DNA of 64,000 nucleotides from an uncultured virus (IMG/VR IMGVR_UViG_3300035188_001343) (lineage: Duplodnaviria; Heunggongvirae; Uroviricota; Caudoviricetes), in the IMG/VR virus record IMGVR_UViG_3300035188_001343, one strand, 5' to 3'. Position 1 is the stretch's first letter. Each line of letters begins with the position of its first letter. This document shows positions 38,381 through 48,214 of the stretch, piece after piece. The notes beneath the pieces were generated by a model. The model saw only the letters and a list, made by a program, of their open reading frames with translations. It searched no databases and had not been told where the DNA came from. The position numbers and the translations under genes were made by a program.

Positions 38381-39865
38381 ATGGCTAAAGAATATAATGA
38401 ACCAAAAGAATTTGATGTATCCACTTTAACCGAACAAGCAATTGCAGAAGCATTAGCGGAGGTACAATCAAAATGGCATGATTTAGGTAATGGTATTAAA
38501 GCAAAATCTAAATTAACCGATAAAATGGAAGAAAAATTAACGTCATTAGTTTCAGCTGCAAAATCTGGTAATTGGAAACAACAGTTAGAAGAAGCTATTG
38601 TACAGATGATTACTTATAATTATTCTACACAGGAATCTCTACTGTGGTATGGACATCTGATTTGCCAATGTGAAATTAAGCGTGATTTATCTATGCCATC
38701 ACCTGCTGGTGTTAGATTTATGTTTAATAAATATGAACTGTTTATTAATCCACTATTATTTGGTTTATATACCACAGATGAACAAATCGCCATTTTAAAA
38801 CATGAAATGTTGCATATCATCAACATGCATATTGTTCGTCAAAAAGATAGAGAACATAAAAAATGGAATTTTTCAACGGACATTTCTATCAACCAGTTGA
38901 TTAAAAATATCCCTGTCGATGGTTTACAACCCGAAACCTTTAAATTTGATAAAAATCTTAATGCTGAACAATACTATGAATTATTTCCTATCGGTTTTGG
39001 TGGTTCGGGAGAAAATGATGATGACAGTGAAAACCAAAGTAATGCGGATACAAGCGGCAATGGTAGTGGAAATTCAACTGGTAAAGGTGATGAAATAGTT
39101 GATAATAATAAAAAATTAAAGGACATGATTTCATCTGCGTTACACCAAGTAAATTCGGGAATGGTCGGTGATCATTCAAAATGGCAGGAATCTGAAGGTG
39201 ATGCTGAAGCAGCAAAAGAAATTGCGAGACAAATGGCAGATACCGCAACACAAAAAAGTCGTGGATTGATGCCATCTGAGTGTTCGGATGCGATTACGAT
39301 GTTGAAAATGCAGGAACAGGTTAATTGGAAAAAAGAACTTAGAAAAATTGTTGGAAATAGAAAAGCGTTTTCTAAATTAACTATTAAGAAAAATGATAGA
39401 AGATTTCCCGATAGAAAAGATTTGCGTGGAAAAACCAATGATCATATTGCTGATATTTTGGTTGTTTTAGATGTTTCTGGATCTATGAGTGACGAGGAAT
39501 TACTATACGGTTTGAATGAAACTCGGGCTATTGCAGAAAAAGCTGGTGCTGCAGTTAAGATTATGCAAGTTGATACCGAACCCAAGTTGATAGAAAATTT
39601 TGACCCAAAATCTCGAAATTTTAACCGTCGTGGTTGTGGGGGAACTTATTTGTATCCTGCGATTGAATATGTGATGAAAAATAAAATTAGATTTGATGCA
39701 GTTGTTTTGGTAACTGATGGATATATAGAAACCACATGGGATTCTAAAATTCCAAGAGTTCCATTTATTTGGCTTGTTACTCAAGATAAAAATAATCTTG
39801 CACTTGATATTTCAACCTATCCAAGAATGAAATCACATACGTTGATTATTGAAAAGAAAAAGTAG
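38381..39865 (+). CDS. HExxH metallopeptidase-like plus VWA domain protein (DUF2201-like)
   Basis: LKHEMLH, WNFSTDISIN, MIDAS motif DVSGSM, GCGGT, VTDG. Confidence 0.85.
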   Translation: MAKEYNEPKEFDVSTLTEQAIAEALAEVQSKWHDLGNGIKAKSKLTDKMEEKLTSLVSAAKSGNWKQQLEEAIVQMITYNYSTQESLLWYGHLICQCEIKRDLSMPSPAGVRFMFNKYELFINPLLFGLYTTDEQIAILKHEMLHIINMHIVRQKDREHKKWNFSTDISINQLIKNIPVDGLQPETFKFDKNLNAEQYYELFPIGFGGSGENDDDSENQSNADTSGNGSGNSTGKGDEIVDNNKKLKDMISSALHQVNSGMVGDHSKWQESEGDAEAAKEIARQMADTATQKSRGLMPSECSDAITMLKMQEQVNWKKELRKIVGNRKAFSKLTIKKNDRRFPDRKDLRGKTNDHIADILVVLDVSGSMSDEELLYGLNETRAIAEKAGAAVKIMQVDTEPKLIENFDPKSRNFNRRGCGGTYLYPAIEYVMKNKIRFDAVVLVTDGYIETTWDSKIPRVPFIWLVTQDKNNLALDISTYPRMKSHTLIIEKKK

Positions 39866-39877
39866 ATGCCACTACAT

Positions 39878-39906
39878 TAAGTGAGACTTTAAAACAGTCT
39901 CACTTA
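39878..39906. terminator. inverted repeat between convergent genes
   Basis: TAAGTGAGACT-N7-AGTCTCACTTA. Confidence 0.7.
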
Positions 39907-39915
39907 TGTGTAATA

Positions 39916-41010
39916 TTATGAATTGTGTAAATAATAATTACTCATTACTTCGTATCTACTCACCGGTTCACCGGTACGTTTTAAAATGAGAAATTCAAAA
40001 TCAAAACCTGCATTTTTTGATGCTTGTTCCTTTAAAAGATTAATTTTTAAGTATTTTGTGAAGGTATATTCACTTTTTACCTCGATGAATTTGTTTTCTT
40101 TGGGAATGAAAATATCAGTAACATACTGATGTTTGTTATTTTCACCATAATGAATTTTAGGGATGTTTTTTCTTTCTAAAATTAAGTCATTTTCATCATA
40201 TGTTTGCAAAAGAATATCTAATGCTAAATTTTCATATCCTTGAATTTTCACTAACTTACCACTAGGTAGAGTATAATCTTTCCACCTATACTTTTGTTGT
40301 TTCTCAAAAATTGCAATATCGTGTGATGGATTTCTTACACCATAGTTCTTAAAGCACGTTTTTTCTTTCTGAATTTTAACAGATAACAATTGTGATGGGT
40401 TGTCGACACCATATTTTTTAGCGAATGTAACTTTTGATTTTTCTTTCACTGTTTCCAATTGAAAAACATTGTCAACACCATATTTTTTCTGATTATTTTC
40501 TTTAAGGCATAACATTCTTGATGTGGCATTTACTTTGTTTTTCACAGAAATTTTGTTTTTGATTTCTTGGGAATAACTAGGGTTCACGACACCATATTTT
40601 TTTAACATGGTTTGTTCCTTTCTTAACTGGATTTCTTTCTTCTTTTCATTCGACTTAGAATTGAAGGTATTTTTAGCCTTATCAGCTATTTCTTTGTTTT
40701 GTTTCACATTTTCACATCCATATTTGATTAAGTTAGTCAATCGATAATTGTGATCTCTACAACATCCAAGTGAATATCCTCTCGAACCTTGTTTACCAAA
40801 TGACGCAAATTCGTTACAATTATGGTATTGGCATTTTGGTTTTTTCTCAACATGATTTTTTAAACAGAACATAGCTTCTTTTCTAGCAGTACACCAAGGA
40901 AATTGTTCTTCTAAATATAGTATTTCTACCACTGAGAGATTTTTAAATCTTTTCTTACGAGATAGATTTTCCAAATTTAGCATTTTCACCCACCCTATTG
41001 TATAATTCAA
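39916..41010 (-). CDS. free-standing PD-(D/E)xK endonuclease with KYGV repeats
   Basis: KYGVVNPS and KYGVDNPSQ repeats; QGYEN; YVTDIFIPKENKFIEVKS. Confidence 0.8.
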   Translation of the reverse strand: MNYTIGWVKMLNLENLSRKKRFKNLSVVEILYLEEQFPWCTARKEAMFCLKNHVEKKPKCQYHNCNEFASFGKQGSRGYSLGCCRDHNYRLTNLIKYGCENVKQNKEIADKAKNTFNSKSNEKKKEIQLRKEQTMLKKYGVVNPSYSQEIKNKISVKNKVNATSRMLCLKENNQKKYGVDNVFQLETVKEKSKVTFAKKYGVDNPSQLLSVKIQKEKTCFKNYGVRNPSHDIAIFEKQQKYRWKDYTLPSGKLVKIQGYENLALDILLQTYDENDLILERKNIPKIHYGENNKHQYVTDIFIPKENKFIEVKSEYTFTKYLKINLLKEQASKNAGFDFEFLILKRTGEPVSRYEVMSNYYLHNS

Positions 41011-41047
41011 AACAGTTAAAATTATTTATAAAATTTGAGGACAAAAA

Positions 41048-42022
41048 ATGACAGATTATACCAAATGGAATACATTTTTATCTTGTGATGTGGGATATGG
41101 TGATATTAAAATTTCTCTAAAAAAAGAGGATGGAACTTTGTTGATAGCTAAGTTCCCGTCTGCTATTAGTTCCGTCAATCCAAAAAAATTTGGTGCGGGT
41201 GAAGCAGTTGAGTTTGAAGGTGCACACTACTTAATTGGTGAACAGGCCATAAACTATAAACCAGTTGAAATGAATGATTATGAAACATTAGAAAAATATG
41301 CACCTTTGTTGGTTTATCAGGCATTTAGAAAGTATGGTGAATTTGATACTCTTGTTACTGGATTGTCAATTAGGCAGGAAGATAAATCCCAGGATTTCAA
41401 AGACAGATTATCAAATTTTGTTATTGATGGACAGGAATACAACATTGATGTTAAATTATTACCTCAAGGTATTGGTGCAAAAATTGTCGTTGAAAAACAA
41501 TTTGGTGATATTTCCAATTATTTAGTTTGTGATGGTGGTTTTAATACTGTTGATTTAGTACCTGTATTTGATGGAAAAGCAGATATTCATTCAGTAGATG
41601 CTTTAGAAAACAGAGGTATTATTGAAGTTATTAACGAACTAATTGATTATATTGCCGGTGAATATAATATAGAACTAACACCAAAAGAAGCAAAGTATGC
41701 TCTCGATAACAAGAGTATTGAAATTTATGGTAAAGAAATTGATTTGACATTAGAAATCAACAAAATAACAAAAGAATATTCAAAAGAATTAATTCGACAA
41801 ATTGAAAGAAAATTCAAAAAATCATGGCATAAGTTTCAAAAAGTTATTATTGTTGGTGGTTTATCTCACTTTGTTGATACTACAGTATATGAACATCTAG
41901 TAACTGTTCCTAAAGGAGAGTATTATAATGTTATTGGATTCCAAAAATTCGCAGAAGAAAGATTAACAGATGTTTCACCTACCAAACCAAAAGTGGTTAG
42001 ACGTAGAGTATCAAATCTCTAA
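41048..42022 (+). CDS. parM: ParM/StbA-family actin-like ATPase
   Basis: Phosphate-1 DVGYGDIK, VTGL, PQG, phosphate-2 DGGFNTVD, adenosine IVGG, NVIGF. Confidence 0.82.
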   Translation: MTDYTKWNTFLSCDVGYGDIKISLKKEDGTLLIAKFPSAISSVNPKKFGAGEAVEFEGAHYLIGEQAINYKPVEMNDYETLEKYAPLLVYQAFRKYGEFDTLVTGLSIRQEDKSQDFKDRLSNFVIDGQEYNIDVKLLPQGIGAKIVVEKQFGDISNYLVCDGGFNTVDLVPVFDGKADIHSVDALENRGIIEVINELIDYIAGEYNIELTPKEAKYALDNKSIEIYGKEIDLTLEINKITKEYSKELIRQIERKFKKSWHKFQKVIIVGGLSHFVDTTVYEHLVTVPKGEYYNVIGFQKFAEERLTDVSPTKPKVVRRRVSNL

Positions 42023-42053
42023 TCACTAATCCAAATTAATAGTTCAATAACTT

Positions 42054-42091
42054 AAAGCTGTAGCCAACCTTTCATTAGTTGCTACAGCTTT
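42054..42091 (+). terminator. probable intrinsic terminator
   Basis: AAAGCTGTAGC ... GCTACAGCTTT stem after the parM-like gene. Confidence 0.65.
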
Positions 42092-42269
42092 TCTATGTTG
42101 GTAACTAAATTTAAAACTGCTAAATATCCATTCTCAAAAGTTATGTCGGTGGGAATAATAATCTTCGGTTCCTCTCAATAATTAAGATTTGCCGACTTTT
42201 TAACAATTTCTCCATTTTCACTTATTTCATTGTATAATAAGTCATATTTTATTATTTTAGGAGTTTGAT

Positions 42270-42503
42270 ATGTCTTATATAATCAGTGTTGTTTCCGTTG
42301 TGGTTTTTGTTATTTTACTTTCATCGTATACTATGGTATCAAAAACTTCGGAGGAAGACAGATTGAGAATGATTGATTCATTAACACTTGATGAAGCAAA
42401 AAATATATTACGTATTTGTGCATTGAATTCATCTTCATGGTCGGATTGTTATAATGGTATGCAAATTATTCGGATGGATACAAAACAAGAAACCCAATTG
42501 TAA
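42270..42503 (+). CDS. small membrane protein
   Basis: N-terminal hydrophobic helix; AGGAG RBS. Confidence 0.55.
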   Translation: MSYIISVVSVVVFVILLSSYTMVSKTSEEDRLRMIDSLTLDEAKNILRICALNSSSWSDCYNGMQIIRMDTKQETQL

Positions 42504-42517
42504 AAAAGGAAAAATAT

Positions 42518-42763
42518 ATGATTAATTATGATGAGTTGACTGCTGTTGAGATTGAAAAACTTTTCGATAAATGGTTTGACACTCAAACAAAACAAGGGTT
42601 GACAGATTTTAGAATTTCAATAAATGAAACCACCAAAGATCCTGTTGATGTAAAAAGAGAAATTTTAAAAATGGAGCAACATATCACAAATGGTAATTTT
42701 GAAATTGTTTCAGAACATGACTCATTTGACGATTTTCCAATGAATATAATTGTGAAAAATTAA
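42518..42763 (+). CDS. hypothetical protein
   Basis: AAGGA RBS. Confidence 0.55.
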   Translation: MINYDELTAVEIEKLFDKWFDTQTKQGLTDFRISINETTKDPVDVKREILKMEQHITNGNFEIVSEHDSFDDFPMNIIVKN

Positions 42764-42828
42764 CCCCCAGAATTTTATCAATTTCACCACCCTAATGGGT
42801 GGTGTGATTAATTTGAAAGAGAGATAAT

Positions 42829-43197
42829 ATGATTACGCGGGCTGAGTGTTGTAAACAAATTAAAAAGCCAATACATTGGCTTGAAGCAATAGAAAAGGAA
42901 TTCAGTATCCAACTTATTTCGCAGGAGGATGGCACCTATTCTGTTGATGAGTTACTAAAATTACAACGGTTAGATAAGGAAAGATATGATTCTGCAATTA
43001 ATCTTAATGAGGTGTTGTGGAATCAATATGGTGATTCGGTTGATAAATTATGGTTGTCAGAATTGAAAAAATCTTGTTTTGAGATTGGTGTACCCGAAGA
43101 GAAATTTGAAAAGATTTATTCTTATGTCGATAGTAAAATAAACAATCCGGATGATTTTTTTAAAGAAATTTCAGAATTATGGGAAGTATTCAAATAA
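42829..43197 (+). CDS. hypothetical protein (possible HTH N-terminus)
   Basis: MITRAECCKQIKKPIHWL resembles a MerR/excisionase-type HTH start. Confidence 0.5.
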   Translation: MITRAECCKQIKKPIHWLEAIEKEFSIQLISQEDGTYSVDELLKLQRLDKERYDSAINLNEVLWNQYGDSVDKLWLSELKKSCFEIGVPEEKFEKIYSYVDSKINNPDDFFKEISELWEVFK

Positions 43198-43223
43198 TGT
43201 TAGATTTAAGAATAAGGTAAAGT

Positions 43224-43700
43224 ATGTCTACTCAAACAGATGAAAAAATTTATATGACCTGGGAAAGATTTGATAAAGATATTGACATTTTTGTTGAATT
43301 TATTACTGAACAGAAATTTATTGCAGATTCGGTTATCCTTACACTTAAAAGAGGAGCATTCCCAACTGCCTGCAAATTGTCAAATAAAACTGGTATTCCT
43401 ATCTCGGTAGTATCTTATCAAACCAGAGATGGTAATGATGAAAAACCCGTATTTTTAGAACCGGATCTCATTAGAAACGCAAAAAGAATTATTATACCCG
43501 ATGATATTTACGATACTGGAAAAACGGTAACTGATGTTATCACTGCACTGATTAGTGGCAATGCAGATTTTAATATTGGTATAAATGATATTTTGGGTTT
43601 ATTTCATTATGGCAGTGATGAAATCCATAATAGCATACTCAATAATTATAAAATTATCACACCAAATAATGGAAAATGGGTAGTCATGCCTTGGGAGTAA
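43224..43700 (+). CDS. type I phosphoribosyltransferase (purine PRT-like)
   Basis: MTWE, LKRGA, IIPDDIYDTGKT PRPP loop, WVVMPWE. Confidence 0.85.
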   Translation: MSTQTDEKIYMTWERFDKDIDIFVEFITEQKFIADSVILTLKRGAFPTACKLSNKTGIPISVVSYQTRDGNDEKPVFLEPDLIRNAKRIIIPDDIYDTGKTVTDVITALISGNADFNIGINDILGLFHYGSDEIHNSILNNYKIITPNNGKWVVMPWE

Positions 43701-43757
43701 ATTATTTTTAGACTAATTTAAAATAATGTAAAATTAACCTATAATTGATATAATGGA

Positions 43758-44144
43758 ATGGGTTTAACTATGGATGATGATAATGTAGGACAGCAACTTA
43801 TTGATTGTGGTAAAGTGAGTGGTGGATATGACGAAACTTTAGTTGTTGGTAGTTTATCAATAAACGATATTTTACACCAACCGTTTGATAAACATATTGG
43901 TTCGTTTGAAATACCTAATGCTTTAACTGATTTATTAAATGTTGATGAAATAAATGCCGTTATAACCTGGTATTATAAATGGAAATTAACAGAACCAGTT
44001 ATAACTCAAAATACTTGCACGATAAAAAAATTATTTGGATTTTATGATGGTGTTAGAGTTATAATAGCAATAAATTTATACAAATATCTAAGAAATAAGG
44101 GATATGATCCCGATGTGATGGAACAATTTTTAAATAAACAATAA
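43758..44144 (+). CDS. hypothetical protein
   Basis: ORF only. Confidence 0.5.
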   Translation: MGLTMDDDNVGQQLIDCGKVSGGYDETLVVGSLSINDILHQPFDKHIGSFEIPNALTDLLNVDEINAVITWYYKWKLTEPVITQNTCTIKKLFGFYDGVRVIIAINLYKYLRNKGYDPDVMEQFLNKQ

Positions 44145-44164
44145 ATAAGTAAGGATTAAATAGG

Positions 44165-44560
44165 ATGCATGATAATAATATGAAAACTAATAATACAAAT
44201 ACAAATAATACAAATACAAATAATTTTCAACCCCAAGAGGAATTTCTTCGCCAGGTTATCTTTATGAAAGATGATGAAAAAGTGTTGGCAATTTTTCCAT
44301 TTTACCATAATATCAGTGATCAAGAGTATGAGATGGTTGTTGGTAATTTTTTTAATGGTGTTGAAGATGACATTGATATTCCACAAAAAAGAGATTTTTG
44401 TCTTATGCATGAATCTGAATTTGGTTGGGGTTGGATACATAACAAAATGGTTAGTCATCTAGAAATTGCCGATGAAGATGAATATGCTGATTTTAAAAAA
44501 ATACTGATTACGAGTAAAGTTATTAAACCGACGTTTATATTGAATTTAACTGAGTATTAG
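44165..44560 (+). CDS. hypothetical protein
   Basis: AGGA RBS; NNTNT low-complexity start; VLAIFP motif. Confidence 0.55.
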   Translation: MHDNNMKTNNTNTNNTNTNNFQPQEEFLRQVIFMKDDEKVLAIFPFYHNISDQEYEMVVGNFFNGVEDDIDIPQKRDFCLMHESEFGWGWIHNKMVSHLEIADEDEYADFKKILITSKVIKPTFILNLTEY

Positions 44561-44563
44561 AAT

Positions 44564-45082
44564 ATGGCTATTTTAGGAAGTGTAAATTACCGAGTAGGAT
44601 TAATTATAGCTCGTTCTCAACCATTTCATAATGGTCATCTAAAAATTATAACCGATGCATTTATGCATTGTGATGAAGTTATATTTTCTATACGTGATTA
44701 TGATACAGCTTTTTTTGATTATAATTGTGCACAAAAACTTTATAGAGAACTTTTTAATCTCGTTGATAGAGTAGCTTTTTTTGGAACTGAATCTGATTCA
44801 AGATTAGGTACACCAAAACAATATATCACTAGAACGATTGAGTCATTAAAAGAAGCTCGTTATCATATGCCTACACATTTTTTTCATGATGATGATTTAT
44901 GGTTGGATGCATCAAGGGAATTACAGTTACTACCTATGAAAATTTCAAGATTACCAAATGTAGATTCAAATTTAATCATTAAAAGTATTATGGATGGTAC
45001 AGATTATTGGCAAGATAAGGTTCCATATCGGTTAATTGATTCTATCAAAACGTATATCGCTACAAAAAATAGAAATTTTTAA
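44564..45082 (+). CDS. NadM-like HxGH nucleotidyltransferase (NMN adenylyltransferase-like)
   Basis: GLIIARSQPFHNGHLKII; C-terminal WQDKVP. Confidence 0.7.
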   Translation: MAILGSVNYRVGLIIARSQPFHNGHLKIITDAFMHCDEVIFSIRDYDTAFFDYNCAQKLYRELFNLVDRVAFFGTESDSRLGTPKQYITRTIESLKEARYHMPTHFFHDDDLWLDASRELQLLPMKISRLPNVDSNLIIKSIMDGTDYWQDKVPYRLIDSIKTYIATKNRNF

Positions 45083-45142
45083 TATTATTTTTTATTTTTT
45101 TTGTAAAATTAATAAAATATAAATTATAAGAGAAGCATTATT

Positions 45143-46267
45143 ATGAATGAAGATTTAGATTATAAAAATAAATTTGGTATTTCATTGAGAAACATATTAG
45201 ATGTTTTGAATAGTGAACAAATGATAGGAAAAAAAGAAATTCAAACTGCGTTAAATACTGATAAAAGTATTGACACACTATTAAAAAAATTAGAAGATAT
45301 TTCTTTAATAGAGAAAAAGAAAAGTGGCACTAAAATTTTATATACTGTTACATCTAAGGTAGAAACCACAGTTGAACCTAAAGTAACACAAACTAAAAAA
45401 ACTAAAAAAAGTAATAAGACAAAAGAAATTTCAGATTCAGTTTCACCTGTTTTAGAAGAACCTGTTTTAGAAGAACCTGTTTTAGAAGAACCTGTTTTAG
45501 AAGAACCTGTTTTAGAAGAACCTGTTTTAGAAGAACCTGTTTTAGAAATTCAAGAAGAACTCACTGTTCATGAACCAGTTACATCTATAGTATCACCTGT
45601 GATTGAAGAAACGATTCAACCTAGGAAAGCAATAAAAGCAAAACCATCGAGAACAAAAACTCCAGCAGAGATCAATAAAATAAACCAACAAACTGAAATC
45701 GTTTCCAAGGAACATCAAATAACGTCTTTAGTAGAGGTTACTGAAAAAAAACAATCAAGAGGACCAAAAACCGAGGAAGTAGATGATTCCGCACTCTCAA
45801 CCCTTAAAAAGGAGATGGAATCTAAGTTGGGCAAAGAAGTTACCGCAGTGTTACATAAACGAAATGATCGAGTTGTTAAGGCTAGAAAAAAAACTGCCAG
45901 TGAAATTTATGAAGATCAACAAAAAATAAGTGGTGATGTTAATGACCTTGATATGGATAACCCATATAGATTCGTTTTAAACTTTTTTACTACTACAATA
46001 AATGGCGAAAATGCTACACCATATTTTAGAAGACGTGATGAATATGTGGTTAAATCAATATATAATAAATTTAAATCGTTATGTGAAATTGCCGATCCCT
46101 ATGTGGTTGATCAGCAAAATTTACCATTTTATAGAGTGTTAACTATTAATATGAAAGATCGAGTTGTTAAAATGTATCACATTGATATGAATCGAGTTGT
46201 TAGAGGAGTATATACTCTTTTTAAATTGAATTCATTCGATGATATGTTTATAACTTTTAAAAATTAA
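45143..46267 (+). CDS. winged-HTH protein with low-complexity linker
   Basis: ILDVL...IDTLLKKLEDISLIEKKKSGTKILY resembles a wHTH; EEPVL repeats. Confidence 0.6.
   Translation: MNEDLDYKNKFGISLRNILDVLNSEQMIGKKEIQTALNTDKSIDTLLKKLEDISLIEKKKSGTKILYTVTSKVETTVEPKVTQTKKTKKSNKTKEISDSVSPVLEEPVLEEPVLEEPVLEEPVLEEPVLEEPVLEIQEELTVHEPVTSIVSPVIEETIQPRKAIKAKPSRTKTPAEINKINQQTEIVSKEHQITSLVEVTEKKQSRGPKTEEVDDSALSTLKKEMESKLGKEVTAVLHKRNDRVVKARKKTASEIYEDQQKISGDVNDLDMDNPYRFVLNFFTTTINGENATPYFRRRDEYVVKSIYNKFKSLCEIADPYVVDQQNLPFYRVLTINMKDRVVKMYHIDMNRVVRGVYTLFKLNSFDDMFITFKN
45446..45547 (+). repeat. 15-bp perfect tandem repeat (CCTGTTTTAGAAGAA), 6 full copies plus 12 nt
   Basis: Read directly from the sequence; encodes (PVLEE)n in frame. 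Confidence 0.97.
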
Positions 46268-46279
46268 AGGAAAAAACTT

Positions 46280-46480
46280 ATGACAAAAAGAATTTGCTTG
46301 GAAAATATTACTGGACAATGTAGAAATCCAATGAAAGATTCACCAGTTGATAATAATCAAACCTTCGAATGTCAATATTGTTTGCGTGAAGATGGAAATG
46401 ATGGACATGGTGATTTTTTGGTTGCACCCGAAAAAGCTCTAAAAGTTTTTGAAATTTTAAAAGATAAGGTTAAATATTGA
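46280..46480 (+). CDS. small Cys-rich protein
   Basis: AAGGA RBS; C...C...CQYC. Confidence 0.5.
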   Translation: MTKRICLENITGQCRNPMKDSPVDNNQTFECQYCLREDGNDGHGDFLVAPEKALKVFEILKDKVKY

Positions 46481-46539
46481 AAAATTAAAAAGGAGAAGAA
46501 ATGGGTACATTTATTCATCCATTTCTTCCAAAATTATTT

Positions 46540-47585
46540 TCATCTTATTTCTAACTTAAATACATACCCCAATTTTTTTACAGCATCAAATTTAGCCTGA
46601 TTTTTTTCAAAATCGATGTCTAATGTCCAATGTGATTTTACTTCAATAATTATATTTTCTGTTGGAATGAAAAAATCGGGATAATATCTTCTTCTCCGAC
46701 CTTTAAAAAAATACCAAATTTCAGGCATATCATTTTGACAGGTTTTGATTTCATCATAGGAATACCCCATATCCTCTAATTCTTTCAAAACTATGGGTTC
46801 AAATCCCTGAATATATGATATTTCCCCTGTTTTCCACATATATTCTTTTTTTCTAAATGCTGCCTGTGCGGATTTTACGAATACTGCTGTAGTTTGCATA
46901 GAACTGACAACACCATATTTTTCTAAATTTGATTCTTTAATTTTTTCTTGTATTTTGTCGGATTGAAATGGAAACGCATAACCGTATTTTTCCACATTTT
47001 CTTTTTTTAATTTCAACATGAATTCGGGATGTTGACTGAGATGCTCAACCCCATATTTTTTCAAATTAGATTCTTTTATTTTTTCCGATTTCATGGGGTT
47101 TTCTACACCATGATTCTGTAGATTCGTTTTTTCTTCTTTTCTTTAATACTGTCAAGTTGACTTACATTTTCTACCCCATATTTTTTTAAGTTTGACTGTT
47201 TTATTTTTTCGGAGATACCGGAAATTTGTGAGGGATATTCAACACCATATTTTTTTAAATTTGTTTTTTTCACCTGTGTTCTAAATTCGGGCAACTGACT
47301 TTTGTATTTGACACCATATTTTCTTAATGATGTTAGTTCCACAGAATGTTTTGTTGAACATGTTTCTTTAAAACCTCTGGTAATGGAAACAAATTCAGTT
47401 TGATTGTCACATTCTGGATGTTGACATTTATTTTCAACGTGATGATAAAACAAATATATTTCTAACTCTGTTATATTTTGTGTATAATTTTTGTAATCAT
47501 CACAATTGTCTTTCCATATTTTTAAATTTTTTTCAAACCAATTTGTCTTGGGTTTAAAAAAATATTTTTCATAATTTTGGTTCAT
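46540..47585 (-). pseudogene. KYGV-repeat PD-(D/E)xK endonuclease interrupted by a 1-nt frameshift
   Basis: Adding one A to the A6 run at 47127-47132 gives KEKKKKTNLQNHGVENPMKS and fuses both ORFs; YYPDFFIPTENIIIEVKS is in the downstream part. Confidence 0.75.
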
Positions 47586-47757
47586 TGATAATTTCTCTAC
47601 TATGTGATTTGTTATATTTTACAATTTTTTGTATAATTTCAATTGGAATTAGTGAATCTGAAACTTCTGATATTCAATTTTTTCAATATATTTTTGATTG
47701 TTTCAACATAAATACAAAATATAAATGACAATAAATTGTATAACTGGAGAATAAAAT

Positions 47758-48204
47758 ATGTTATCATCTCATCATTATGATGCCCCGTGGTGTATGGTTG
47801 GCGAAATCGTGATTATGTATCATACCACAATATCTACGAGTATATCTGTACAATATGATGAAAGAACGGTATTTGGTTCACATGGTGCGTATGCAGTATG
47901 GACTGGAACATCACCAAGATCATACAGTGTAAGTGCAAATTTAGTTGCTGCAAATTCTGCAGAAGTAGTTTTTAATTTACTGTCGGTTAAATTGGCTTAT
48001 ATGTGGACACAAAATAGCCCACCTGGATGTAAAATATTATTATTACCTACTTCATTAGGTGCAAGTTTAATATTTGGAACGATGGTAAGAATCGAAAGTA
48101 TGGATGCCAACATTGATGAAGGTGTACATTTAGATCCTATTTCGGGTGGTTCACCAATTCAAATAACATTTTCAATGAGTTTAAAAGAATGCAAACCTAT
48201 TTAG
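47758..48204 (+). CDS. putative tail tube/baseplate-type structural protein
   Basis: Beta-rich pattern (WTGTSPRSYSVSANL, ITFSMSLKE); TAAATA at 47709; GGAG RBS. Confidence 0.45.
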   Translation: MLSSHHYDAPWCMVGEIVIMYHTTISTSISVQYDERTVFGSHGAYAVWTGTSPRSYSVSANLVAANSAEVVFNLLSVKLAYMWTQNSPPGCKILLLPTSLGASLIFGTMVRIESMDANIDEGVHLDPISGGSPIQITFSMSLKECKPI

Positions 48205-48214
48205 GAAAAAAATA

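Noticed and set aside
45446..45547. CRISPR array
   Set aside because: Head-to-tail 15-bp units with no spacers, in frame within a CDS. No repeat-spacer array or cas gene was seen in the window.
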